A stretch of DNA of 64,000 nucleotides, from the NCBI GenBank assembly GCA_965284655.1, contig OZ260104.1:2283395-2347394 (forward strand). Direction: 5' to 3'. The notes under the pieces were generated by a model. The model saw nothing but the letters and a program-made list of their open reading frames with translations, did not search any database and was not told the origin of the DNA. The stretch comes from Oceanicaulis sp. (lineage in GTDB: Bacteria; Pseudomonadota; Alphaproteobacteria; Caulobacterales; Maricaulaceae). Position 1 is the stretch's first letter. Each line of letters starts with the position of its first letter. Below are positions 28,203-37,356 of the stretch, piece by piece. The translations under genes were made by a program, and so were the position numbers.

Positions 28203-29132
28203 CTATTTGGTCAACGCCGAGAGGAAGGTGCGCACAGCCTGGGCGGTTGCTTCAGGCTGTTCCTCCACCGGCATGTGGCCGGCGTCCTCGATGAGGACCA
28301 GCGAGGCGTCCGGAATCGCTGCGGCGAAACGGGGACCGTGCTGGGGCGAGATCATCACATCGCGCTGCCCCCACACGATGAGCGCGGGGGTCTCGATCTC
28401 GCGCAGAACCGGGTTGGGGTCGGGCAGGGTGAATTGCTCGATGCGCTCCACAAGCGCCGAACCGACGCCTTCGATGCGCATCATCGCCTGAATCCGCTCC
28501 AGCTGCGCCTCGGTTATGCGTGACGGATCGGCGTAGAGCACCGCGGTCGCCGCCTGAACGCCGGCCATGGGCGCGGCGGTGAGAAACAGGCGCACCTGCT
28601 GAGGCACCGGCGCGGGGTCATCGCTGACACCCAGATTGGGATAGCCGCCCGGCGCGATCAGCACCAGTGCGTCCACACGCTCGCCATGGTCAGCCGCGTA
28701 GCGCCAGGCCACAAGCCCGCCCAGCGAATGGCCGCCGAGCGCAAAAGTTTCCGGCGCGATCTCGTCAAGCAGCGCCGCGACCTGGCTCACCGTGGCGTCC
28801 ACCGAGTACGCGCCATCCTCGCGCGCGCCGGTGAGGGCGTGGCCGGGCAGGTCGAAGCGGATGACGCGATGATCACTCTCCAGCGCGTCGGCGAGAGGCT
28901 CCAGGCTTTCCAGCGAGTGCGAAAAGCCGTGGATCAGCACCACCGCCGGCGCATTCGCCGGTCCGCTTTCGCGCACCCGCCAGGCCTGGCCCGCCGCTTC
29001 CACCATGCGGTCTTCATCGGTCATCCAGCGGGCCTCTGCCTCGCTACGGTCCACCGGCTGCATGAGCCAGGCGAAGGCGGCGACCACGAGAACCGCGATC
29101 AGAAGAAGGGCGCCGAGAATACGCAGCAACAT
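28203..29132 (-). CDS. membrane-anchored alpha/beta hydrolase
   Basis: The ATG at 29132 gives the TM anchor MLLRILGALLLIAVLVVAAFAWL. HGF oxyanion motif and GHSLGG nucleophile elbow. Confidence 0.8.
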   Translation of the reverse strand: MLLRILGALLLIAVLVVAAFAWLMQPVDRSEAEARWMTDEDRMVEAAGQAWRVRESGPANAPAVVLIHGFSHSLESLEPLADALESDHRVIRFDLPGHALTGAREDGAYSVDATVSQVAALLDEIAPETFALGGHSLGGLVAWRYAADHGERVDALVLIAPGGYPNLGVSDDPAPVPQQVRLFLTAAPMAGVQAATAVLYADPSRITEAQLERIQAMMRIEGVGSALVERIEQFTLPDPNPVLREIETPALIVWGQRDVMISPQHGPRFAAAIPDASLVLIEDAGHMPVEEQPEATAQAVRTFLSALTK

Positions 29133-29137
29133 CAGGC

Positions 29138-30004
29138 TTATCCGTGCTTTTTGAGGAAGGCGTCGATCGCGTCCCTGGCGTCTGATTCGGTGAGGAGCGG
29201 GGCGTGACCGACATTGGCGATGTCGACGCGTATCATGGACGGGCTGCGCCGCGCCATCTCCTGAACCGTCGCCTCGCTCAACAGATCGGTGAGCGCGCCG
29301 CGGATGAGCAGAATCGGTTTGGCCGCGAGCAGATCGAAGAACGGCCACAGATCGGGCGGCGCCACGTCGCCGGATTGGACCGGCTTTGAGATGTTCTTGT
29401 CGTAGTCGAAGACGATCTCGCCGCTTTCGGTCTCGCGACAAACCCGCTTGGCGAAAGCAATCCAGAAACCCTGTCCGGTCTCATTGGGAAAGGCGACGCC
29501 GTTGATGGTCCGCACGGCCTCGGCGGCCTCTTCCCAGGAGTTGAACGGGCCGGCGCCGCCCACATAACCCTGAATGCGCTTCAGGCCCTTGGGATCGAGC
29601 TCCGGGCCGATATCATTGAGGACGACGGCCTTGATCCGGTCCGGCTGCAGGCTGGCGTGGATCATGGTCATCAGCCCGCCCATGGACGTGCCGACGAAGA
29701 TTGCTTCATCCCAGCGCGCCGTGTCCAGAACGCCGATGACGTCCTGCACATAGACGCCGGGATTGTAATTGTCCGGGTTTGGATCGTGGTCCGATTTTCC
29801 GCGGCCGCGCACATCGATCGCGATCACGTCATGACCGGCTGCGGCGATGCGCGGCGACACCGCTTCGAAATCACGCGAATTTCGGGTCAGGCCGTGCAGG
29901 CAGATGACCGGAGTCTTTTGTGCGGCCCCGTGGCCGGGATAGCGGCGATAATAGGTCTTCACCCCGTCGGGGGCGGTGTGGAAATGTTCGGAATACTCAG
30001 TCAT
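29138..30004 (-). CDS. alpha/beta hydrolase
   Basis: 288 aa. CLHGLTRNS and GTSMGG motifs. ATGA overlap with the upstream TetR gene. Confidence 0.8.
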   Translation of the reverse strand: MTEYSEHFHTAPDGVKTYYRRYPGHGAAQKTPVICLHGLTRNSRDFEAVSPRIAAAGHDVIAIDVRGRGKSDHDPNPDNYNPGVYVQDVIGVLDTARWDEAIFVGTSMGGLMTMIHASLQPDRIKAVVLNDIGPELDPKGLKRIQGYVGGAGPFNSWEEAAEAVRTINGVAFPNETGQGFWIAFAKRVCRETESGEIVFDYDKNISKPVQSGDVAPPDLWPFFDLLAAKPILLIRGALTDLLSEATVQEMARRSPSMIRVDIANVGHAPLLTESDARDAIDAFLKKHG

Positions 30005-30705
30005 TCAGCAGCTTTCGCGTCCGGTTTTGCGAGTTTTCGATCGCTCACGCCATGTTCGGCGAGGCGGCGGAAGCCAGCGCCGACGAATTCAGGAAGGCGG
30101 GCGTGAAGCGCGTGCAGATCACTGGTCTGGCACAGCCCGCCCGAAAGGGAATCGACGCGATGGGTGTCAGCAAAGGTGAGCACCAGCGCGCCGGAAAGGA
30201 AGTGATAGCTCCAGTAGAGCTCCTCTTCGGGGGCGTCGGGCAGGGCGCGGCTCATGGATTCAAGGAAGCGGCGCACGATCGGGTCGAAATACTTCGCCAT
30301 CACCGCCGCACCCCATTCAGGGGAGTTCGTCACTTGCCCGATGAGGGAGAAATACGCCTTCCATCCCGGTCCGCCATTGGCTGAGCGGTCCAGCATCGGT
30401 CCGGTGAACGCCGCGATGATGTCTTCAGCCGCCGGCCCGTCCGGCCCGGCGTCGCGCTCACACGCCTCCAGCCATTCAAGACGAATCGTGTTCAGCGAGT
30501 CGGCGCGGCGCAGCAACACCGCGTCGAACAGCTCTCGCTTACCGCCGAAATAATAGGCGACCAGGGCGGGGTCTGAGTCCGCTTCGCGCGCGATCGCTCG
30601 CACGGTGACACCGTAAAAGCCCTTCTGCGCGAAGAGCGATTCGGCCGCGTCGAGCAGGCGTTCGCGGGTCTGCTCGCCGCGACGATTGCCGCGCGTTTCG
30701 GCCAT
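30001..30705 (-). CDS. TetR/AcrR-family transcriptional regulator (module B)
   Basis: HTH region LFAQKGFYGVTVRAIAREADSDPALVAYYF. The ligand-domain segment YWSYHFLSGALVLTFA parallels FWGYHFVSGALMLTLA of TetR-A. Confidence 0.85.
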   Translation of the reverse strand: MAETRGNRRGEQTRERLLDAAESLFAQKGFYGVTVRAIAREADSDPALVAYYFGGKRELFDAVLLRRADSLNTIRLEWLEACERDAGPDGPAAEDIIAAFTGPMLDRSANGGPGWKAYFSLIGQVTNSPEWGAAVMAKYFDPIVRRFLESMSRALPDAPEEELYWSYHFLSGALVLTFADTHRVDSLSGGLCQTSDLHALHARLPEFVGAGFRRLAEHGVSDRKLAKPDAKAAE

Positions 30706-30824
30706 GGCCAGGGGCCTCCTTCTACACCCGTACCGCTAGAGTCGGCGGGCTTGATGCGTGTGACCTTTGCGCCGCACGCCGTGTTTCATCAACTGCTGAA
30801 ACTCTAATATGCATTGACTTTTCA

Positions 30825-30836
30825 TTCAACGTTGAA
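30825..30836. promoter_or_regulatory. perfect 12-bp palindrome TTCAACGTTGAA (candidate TetR-B operator) in the divergent promoter region
   Basis: Read directly. It overlaps a plausible minus-strand promoter, TTGAAT-N17-TAGAGT, and lies 61 nt upstream of the TBDR-B ATG. Confidence 0.45.
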
Positions 30837-30896
30837 AAAAGTCCGCGCATCGCCCCGTCAGAGGGCAAGCTGATTCACTTCCGGGAGGGGAGTTTC

Positions 30897-33212
30897 ATGA
30901 CCATCCGCCGTTCCATTCTCGCCGGCGCCGCGCTTCTTGCAAGCGCGTCCGCCCTGCCTTTCGCCGCCGCCTACGCCCAGGACGCCCAGGCGGCGCCCGC
31001 CGCGACCCGCGACGTGGTCACCGTGACCGCTCGCCGTCGCGAGGAGTCCATCCAGGACGCTCCGGTCGCCGTGACCGCGGTCAGCGGAGAGATGCTGGCC
31101 GCCATCGGCGCCATCGACCTGACCGACGTGCAGAAGCTGACGCCGAACGCCACGATCGAGACCGCCCGCGGCTCCAACTCGACCCTGATCGCCTTCATCC
31201 GCGGCGTCGGCCAGCAGGATCCGCTGTGGGGCTTCGAGCCGGGCGTCGGCCTTTACATCGACGACGTTTATGTCGCGCGTCCCCAAGGCTCGGTGCTTGA
31301 TATCTTTGATATCGAGCGCATCGAAGTCCTGCGCGGACCGCAGGGCACGCTTTACGGCCGCAACACGATCGGCGGCGCGATCAAGTACGTCACCGCCCGC
31401 CTCAGCGACGAGCCTGAATTCGAACTCGGCGCCAGCGTCGGCTCGTATAATCAGATCGACCTCATGGCCAGCGGCTCCGTCCCGCTGGGCGAAACCTTCG
31501 CCGTGGGCGGCGCGCTGGCGCGCTATACCCGCGACGGTTTCGGCGAGAACGTGTTCACCGGCGCCGAGCACTACGACAAGGACGTCATCTCGGGTCGAGT
31601 CTCGCTGGAGTGGGAGCCGACCGAAGATCTGTTCTTCCGCCTTGCCTATGACCACACCCAGGACGATTCCAACGCCAAGCACGGCTATCGCCTGATCCCG
31701 GGCGTGACCAATGGCGAGCCCGTTCTGGATAGTGTCTATGACACCCGCGGCGGCGCCGGGGACATCAACAGCGTCGAGACCGAAGGCCTGTCCTTCACCG
31801 GCGAATGGCGAGTGAACGACGTCCTGACCCTGAAATCCATCACCGCCGGACGCCAGGACCGCACCGACACGCCGATCGATTTCGACGCCCTTCCGGTCAA
31901 CGATTTCGACGTCCCGGCCTTCTACGAGAACGAGCAGTTCACCCAGGAATTCCAGGCGCTGTTCGACACCGGCCGCTGGTCGGGTGTCGCCGGCCTGTAC
32001 TATCTGAACGGCGCTTTTGAAGGCGCTTTCGATACGGTTCTTGGCAATCTCGGCGTCAACGCGCCGACTTATGGCGACGTGTCCAAGATCTCTCTGTCGG
32101 CCTACGCCGACGTCACCTACGAGATCAATGACGACTGGTCGGTGTCGGTTGGGGGCCGCTACACCGAAGACCAGACGACCGCCACCGTGATCCGCCAGAC
32201 CTATCTGGGCACGGCGACCACGCCGTTCCTCGGCGGCTCGGGCGGCCTGCTGCTGGCGACCGGCTCCAACTTCCGCAGCGAGCGCACTGACGATCAGTTC
32301 TCACCGCGCGTCAACGTGACGTATGAGCCGAGCGACGACCTGTCGCTCTACGCCTCCTACTCGCAGGGTTTCAAGTCAGGCGGGTTCGATCCGCGCGGCA
32401 ACGCCGGCCCGGTGGGCACGGCGCAGTACGACATCATCACGCGCGGCTTTGAGCCGGAAATCGTCGACAGCTATGAAGTCGGCGCCAAGGGCTCGCTCGC
32501 AGACGGCCGCCTAGTCTACCGCGCCGCCGCCTTCTTTGCCGAGTACACCGATCAGCAGATCACGGTGCAGACCTCCGAGGTTGATCCGGTCACTGGTCTC
32601 GACACGTTCGTTTCCACCGTGCTGAACGCCGGTCAGTCGGAGTATGTGGGTTTCGAGCTGGAAGGCAGCGCCTTCCTCACCGACTCCCTCAGCATCGATT
32701 ACATGCTGGGCCTGATCGACGCTGAAATCGTCGAGTTGGTCACCACTCAGCCCGATCCGGTCACCGGCGATCCGGTCGATGTCGACATCTCCGACCAGTA
32801 CGTGGTCCAGAACACGCCGGAATACACCTGGCGTCTTGCGGCCAATTACGAGATGGCGGCGCCGAGCGGATATGGTGATCTCCGGTTCACCGCCGGCGTC
32901 AGCTATCGTGACGACATCAACCTGTTCAACGTGCCGAACACCGGCGAGCCGGTCGCCCTTGCGGGCCTGCCGACCACGCCGCTTCCGGCCCTGGACGCCA
33001 ACACCTCTTACACGCTGCTCGACGCCAGTGTGATCTGGGACTTCAACGAGAACCTTCGCTTCTCGCTGATCGGCCGGAACCTGTCCGACGAGCAGTACCG
33101 CATCGCCGGGTATAACTTCGCTGGCCAGAACCAGCTGGGTGTCGACGGCGCGTACTCCGCCTTCTACGGCGATCCGCGCACCTTCACCGCGAGCGTTCGC
33201 TACCGCTACTAG
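30897..33212 (+). CDS. TonB-dependent outer-membrane receptor
   Basis: 771 aa. Signal peptide ending AYAQ, plug region DVVTVTARRREESIQDAPVAVTAV, C-terminal aromatic residue. Confidence 0.9.
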   Translation: MTIRRSILAGAALLASASALPFAAAYAQDAQAAPAATRDVVTVTARRREESIQDAPVAVTAVSGEMLAAIGAIDLTDVQKLTPNATIETARGSNSTLIAFIRGVGQQDPLWGFEPGVGLYIDDVYVARPQGSVLDIFDIERIEVLRGPQGTLYGRNTIGGAIKYVTARLSDEPEFELGASVGSYNQIDLMASGSVPLGETFAVGGALARYTRDGFGENVFTGAEHYDKDVISGRVSLEWEPTEDLFFRLAYDHTQDDSNAKHGYRLIPGVTNGEPVLDSVYDTRGGAGDINSVETEGLSFTGEWRVNDVLTLKSITAGRQDRTDTPIDFDALPVNDFDVPAFYENEQFTQEFQALFDTGRWSGVAGLYYLNGAFEGAFDTVLGNLGVNAPTYGDVSKISLSAYADVTYEINDDWSVSVGGRYTEDQTTATVIRQTYLGTATTPFLGGSGGLLLATGSNFRSERTDDQFSPRVNVTYEPSDDLSLYASYSQGFKSGGFDPRGNAGPVGTAQYDIITRGFEPEIVDSYEVGAKGSLADGRLVYRAAAFFAEYTDQQITVQTSEVDPVTGLDTFVSTVLNAGQSEYVGFELEGSAFLTDSLSIDYMLGLIDAEIVELVTTQPDPVTGDPVDVDISDQYVVQNTPEYTWRLAANYEMAAPSGYGDLRFTAGVSYRDDINLFNVPNTGEPVALAGLPTTPLPALDANTSYTLLDASVIWDFNENLRFSLIGRNLSDEQYRIAGYNFAGQNQLGVDGAYSAFYGDPRTFTASVRYRY

Positions 33213-33229
33213 GGCGGGCCGGACAAAGC

Positions 33230-33289
33230 GCGCCGTCTGGACCTTCGAGGCTCAAAGCTGAGCTCCGGAGCGTCCAGGCGGCGCTTTTT
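33230..33289 (+). terminator. candidate rho-independent terminator or attenuator after TBDR-B
   Basis: A 13-bp stem, GCGCCGTCTGGAC/GTCCAGGCGGCGC (one G-U pair), encloses a smaller hairpin and is followed by TTTTT. Confidence 0.5.
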
Positions 33290-33374
33290 CTTTGCGCTCC
33301 AAGGCAATTCACCCCCATCATGGGGGTAAGGCGCGCACATGCGACGCGCCGTGCACAAACATGCGGGGAGAGAC

Positions 33375-34745
33375 ATGGCGACGACCGATACGGCCGATTC
33401 AGCCGCCAAGGCGCCAAGCGCGGGCTACCGCGTCTGGGTCCTGTTCATGCTGTTCATGGTCTATGCGTTCAATTTCCTGGACCGCCAGATCATCTCGATC
33501 CTGGCCATCCCGATCCAGCAGGAACTGGACCTTAGCGACCGGCAGTTGGGCCTTCTTGGAGGCATCGCCTTCGCTTTCCTCTATTCCACGCTGGGCGTAC
33601 CGATCGCCTGGCTGGCCGATCGCACCAACCGCACCTGGATCATCACCGTCTCGCTGACGATCTGGTCTGGCTTCACGGCGCTGTGCGGTTTCGCGCAGAA
33701 TTTCTGGCAACTCTTCGCGTCGCGCGTGGGCGTAGGCGTCGGCGAGGCGGGCGGCGTGGCGCCGTCTTACTCGCTGATCGCGGACTATTTTCCGCCCCAG
33801 AGTCGGGCGAGGGCGCTTGCGGTCTATTCGCTGGGCATTCCCATCGGTTCGGCGTTCGGCGTCATCGCCGGCGCACAGATCGCCGGCGGCAATCTCGGCG
33901 AAAGCCTCGACTGGCGCTCGGCCTTCATCATCGTGGGAATCGCCGGCATCGTCATCGCCCCGATCTTCAAGCTCACCTTGCGCGAACCCAAGCGCGGCGG
34001 GCTTGATGTGAAGGCGAAAACCGAAGCCGCCAAGGCACAACCCGAACCAGGCGAGGCGGCCAGCGTCGCCGCGCCGGCCGATGCGGCCGATGAGCGCAAG
34101 CCCGGCTTTGGCGAAGTGCTCAAGGTTCTCAGCAAAAAGCCGAGCTTCTGGTTCCTGGTGTTGGGCGCGTCCTGCTCGTCGATGATGGGTTATGGCGTGT
34201 TCTTCTGGATCCCCAGCTTCTTCGCGCGCAGCTTCGAGCTCGGCATTATCGAGACCGGCTGGCTGTTCGGCGGCGTGCTTTTCGTGGGCGGCTCGCTGGG
34301 TATCATCCTCGGCGGCGTCCTCGGCGATCTCATGGGCAAGGGCTCGAAGAAAATGTACGCGATCGTGCCTGCGATCGCCTTCTTCCTGACCTTCCCCATG
34401 TATGTGGCCGGAACGATGGCGACCGATCCTCTGATCGGAGCGTTGTTGTTCGTCATTCCCACCGGGCTGGGTCTGGCCTGGCTTGGCCCGACGCTGTCTG
34501 CGTTCCAGCACCTGGCGCCGGCGAATATGCGGTCCATGGCTTCGGCTGTGTTTCTCCTGATCAACAATCTTCTGGGGATCGGGGTGGGCGTGTACGTGCT
34601 CGGGGAGCTGTCCACGCTGCTCACCCCGGTCTTCGGGAATGAAGCGCTGCGCTATTCGATCATGGCGGGTGCGTCGCTTTACGTGGTGGCGGGCCTGCTG
34701 TTCCTGATCGCGTCTCGCACGATCGAGAACGACTGGGAGAAGTAG
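33375..34745 (+). CDS. MFS transporter, Spinster-like (paralog of 10160..11524)
   Basis: ATG at 33375. NFLDRQIISILAIPIQ and GVGEAGGVAPSYSLIADYF. Confidence 0.85.
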   Translation: MATTDTADSAAKAPSAGYRVWVLFMLFMVYAFNFLDRQIISILAIPIQQELDLSDRQLGLLGGIAFAFLYSTLGVPIAWLADRTNRTWIITVSLTIWSGFTALCGFAQNFWQLFASRVGVGVGEAGGVAPSYSLIADYFPPQSRARALAVYSLGIPIGSAFGVIAGAQIAGGNLGESLDWRSAFIIVGIAGIVIAPIFKLTLREPKRGGLDVKAKTEAAKAQPEPGEAASVAAPADAADERKPGFGEVLKVLSKKPSFWFLVLGASCSSMMGYGVFFWIPSFFARSFELGIIETGWLFGGVLFVGGSLGIILGGVLGDLMGKGSKKMYAIVPAIAFFLTFPMYVAGTMATDPLIGALLFVIPTGLGLAWLGPTLSAFQHLAPANMRSMASAVFLLINNLLGIGVGVYVLGELSTLLTPVFGNEALRYSIMAGASLYVVAGLLFLIASRTIENDWEK

Positions 34746-34748
34746 CCC

Positions 34749-36560
34749 ATGGGCGACCGGTTCGGCCCGCTGCGCGGCCTCGGCGATGTCGAGGCCGCAC
34801 AGCGGACACCGCTGGCCGAGCGTCTGGATTCGCCGACGGTGTTCGGCTGCATCAAGGCGGCTTGCGAGTCCTTCCCCGGTCGCACCGCGATCCTTGATCT
34901 GGCCGATCCGGCCGAGCCGTCACGGGCGCGGCGCTGGACCTATGCGCAACTGCTTGAAGACATCGTGCGGTGCGCCAACGCCTTGCACGTCGCCTCAGGC
35001 GGGGCGCCGGCCGGCTATCTTCTTCCGAACCTGGCCGAAACCCACATCGTCTTGTGGGGCGCAGCCGCCGGCGTCGGCGCGGCGCCGGTCAATCCGATGC
35101 TAACCGCCGAAATCGTGGCGGAGATCCTGCGCGAGGCAGGGGCGGGCGTCCTTGTCACGACCGGTCCAGGCACGCCGCTGCACGTCGTCGCCGAGGACGT
35201 CAGCGCGCGTCTTGGCGGCCTGCCGCTTCTGACCGTCGAAGAGGGCGGTTCGCTCGCCGCGGCCATGGCCGATCAGCCCGCGGATCATTTCGTGTTCGAC
35301 GGCGCCGATGATCCAGAGCGTATAGCGGCCTATTTCCATACCGGCGGGACCACCGGCGCGCCCAAGCTCGCCCAGCAGACCCGGGCCAATCAGGCCGCCA
35401 TGCAGTGGATGGTGCGCTTCAGCGTCGATTTGAACGAAACCGACGTTTTCCTCACCGGCCTGCCGCTGTTTCACGTCAACGCTGCGACGCTGTCCGGCCT
35501 TGGGCCCTTGTGCGCGGGCGCGACGCTCTTGCTCGCCGGGCCGCATGGGTTTCGCAACAAGGCGCTCCTGACAAATTTCTGGCGCATCGTGGACGCCTAC
35601 CGCGTCACCGCCTTTTCAGCCGTTCCGACGATCTATTCCAGCCTGCTCGACGTGCCGGTGGCCGGCGCGGACGTGTCGTGCCTGCGCTACGGCTTTTGCG
35701 GCGCCGCGCCCATGCCCGTGAGCGTTATCGGGCGCTTCGAGGCGCGCACCGGCGTGACGATCATTGAAGGCTACGGCATGACCGAAGGCACATGCGTCTC
35801 CACCGCCAATCCGCGTGATGGAGAGAGACGGCCGGGCTCGATCGGAATACGCCTGCCGTATCACGAGGTGAAGATCGCCGTTCTGGACGAGAGCGGCGCC
35901 TTCCTGCGCGACGCGCAAACCGGTGAGGCGGGTGTGGTGGCCTTGCGCGGACCCACCGTTATCCCGGGTTACAAGCAGGCGGCGCGAAACGCCGACGTTT
36001 TCCTGCCGGGCGGCTGGTTCAATTCAGGCGATCTGGGGCGGCTGGATGCTGATGGCTATGTCTGGCTTACCGGCCGAGCCAAGGATCTGATTATTCGCAG
36101 CGGTCATAATATCGATCCGGGTCTCATCGAAGAGGCGCTGTCGCGCCATGAGGCCGTCGACCTGGCGGCCGCGGTGGGCCAACCCGACGCCTATGCCGGC
36201 GAAACGCCCGTGGCCTATGTCACCCTGCGCGAGGGCGCGTCGGCCAGCGAGGCGCAACTTACGGCCCATGCGCGCGTAACTGTCGCCGAACCCCCCGCCG
36301 CCCCGAAGGCGGTGCGCATCCTTTCGCATATGCCGGTCACGGCGGTGGGAAAGATCTTCAAGCCGACCCTGCGCGAGGACGCTGCGATCCACGCAGCGCG
36401 GGCCTCGCTTGAGGCGGCCGGTCTGACGGGGCTTGAGCTGACCGCGATGACCGACAAGCAGCGCGGCCTGGTGGTCATCGCCGCGGGTGTGACACGCGAA
36501 AACGCCCCGGCGGTCGCCGGGGCGCTTGATGTGTTCAATTTCGTCTGGGAGCGTGCCTAG
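34749..36560 (+). CDS. AMP-dependent acyl-CoA synthetase
   Basis: 603 aa. YFHTGGTTGAPK and GYGMTE motifs. 3 nt after the MFS stop. Confidence 0.85.
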   Translation: MGDRFGPLRGLGDVEAAQRTPLAERLDSPTVFGCIKAACESFPGRTAILDLADPAEPSRARRWTYAQLLEDIVRCANALHVASGGAPAGYLLPNLAETHIVLWGAAAGVGAAPVNPMLTAEIVAEILREAGAGVLVTTGPGTPLHVVAEDVSARLGGLPLLTVEEGGSLAAAMADQPADHFVFDGADDPERIAAYFHTGGTTGAPKLAQQTRANQAAMQWMVRFSVDLNETDVFLTGLPLFHVNAATLSGLGPLCAGATLLLAGPHGFRNKALLTNFWRIVDAYRVTAFSAVPTIYSSLLDVPVAGADVSCLRYGFCGAAPMPVSVIGRFEARTGVTIIEGYGMTEGTCVSTANPRDGERRPGSIGIRLPYHEVKIAVLDESGAFLRDAQTGEAGVVALRGPTVIPGYKQAARNADVFLPGGWFNSGDLGRLDADGYVWLTGRAKDLIIRSGHNIDPGLIEEALSRHEAVDLAAAVGQPDAYAGETPVAYVTLREGASASEAQLTAHARVTVAEPPAAPKAVRILSHMPVTAVGKIFKPTLREDAAIHAARASLEAAGLTGLELTAMTDKQRGLVVIAAGVTRENAPAVAGALDVFNFVWERA

Positions 36561-37099
36561 GCGGCCTTGGTGGCGACGCTCAACGTCTTGATGAAGGAGC
36601 CCGTCGCATTCTCGCGCGCCGTTTCGCCTTCCGAGGCGAAAATCTCGCCGTTCAAGGCGACGGCGGCGTCGCCGGCGACCCCCTCTTTGTCTGCAATCTC
36701 CGCCAGGAAACCGACGCCTTCGCCCATGGCGCACACCGGTCTGCCCGAGCGAACAAAATCACCGATCAAGAGGCGCGCGTCCTGCTCGGCCTTGAGCTTT
36801 TCAATGCTGGTGGCGCCGCCCGGGATGAGCAAACCGGCATAGGCTTCGGGACCCTTGTCGCCGGGATGCCCGTCGACGACGAAATTCATTTCCTCGCGGG
36901 TTTCCGAGCGACCGCTCACGAGCGATTTGTTCGGGCTGAGAATACAGGTCCTGTAGCCTGCGCGCTCGGCCGCGCCAGCCACTTGCGTCAGATCTGACGC
37001 GGCGAAACCTTCGGCAACCAGAACGGCGATCTGCCCCTCTTCGCCCACATGGGCGAGATCAATACGATTCTGACGGTTGTTCGGTTTCTGAAAAGCCAC
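36557..37099 (-). CDS. DJ-1/PfpI-family (class I glutamine-amidotransferase-like) protein
   Basis: The GTG at 37099 lies 4 nt after AGGAGG. IAVLVAEGF...LLIPGG...PVCAMGEG layout with a nucleophile-elbow Cys. Confidence 0.6.
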   Translation of the reverse strand: MAFQKPNNRQNRIDLAHVGEEGQIAVLVAEGFAASDLTQVAGAAERAGYRTCILSPNKSLVSGRSETREEMNFVVDGHPGDKGPEAYAGLLIPGGATSIEKLKAEQDARLLIGDFVRSGRPVCAMGEGVGFLAEIADKEGVAGDAAVALNGEIFASEGETARENATGSFIKTLSVATKAA

Positions 37100-37356
37100 A
37101 TTTCCTCCTGGCGCCGACTGGCGGCGCTCGACTAATGACAAGTTAGATGAGTGTTATAGAGTAGGGAACGCAGACCTCGGGTCAACCGTTCCCCAGAAAA
37201 TTCAGCAGCACTGCTTTTGTGCAGCGATGAGCCGATAGCCGTGCAAAACTTGATTTTTTCCGGTCGAACCGGCTATTCCCATCGATAGCCGCGCGGATCG
37301 AGCCCTCCGCGATTTTTGTAAATCTGAAGTTCACCTTAAGGGAAGGCAGGCTGCTT

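Noticed and set aside
29133-29441. Arg-rich 103-aa N-terminal extension of ORF 28203..29441
   Set aside because: It overlaps the upstream hydrolase gene in another frame. The internal ATG at 29132 yields a proper TM anchor, 5 nt after the upstream stop.
33399-34511. 370-aa minus-strand ORF
   Set aside because: It is antisense to MFS-B. The translation is highly charged and Arg/Asp/Glu-rich, unlike a real protein in this context.
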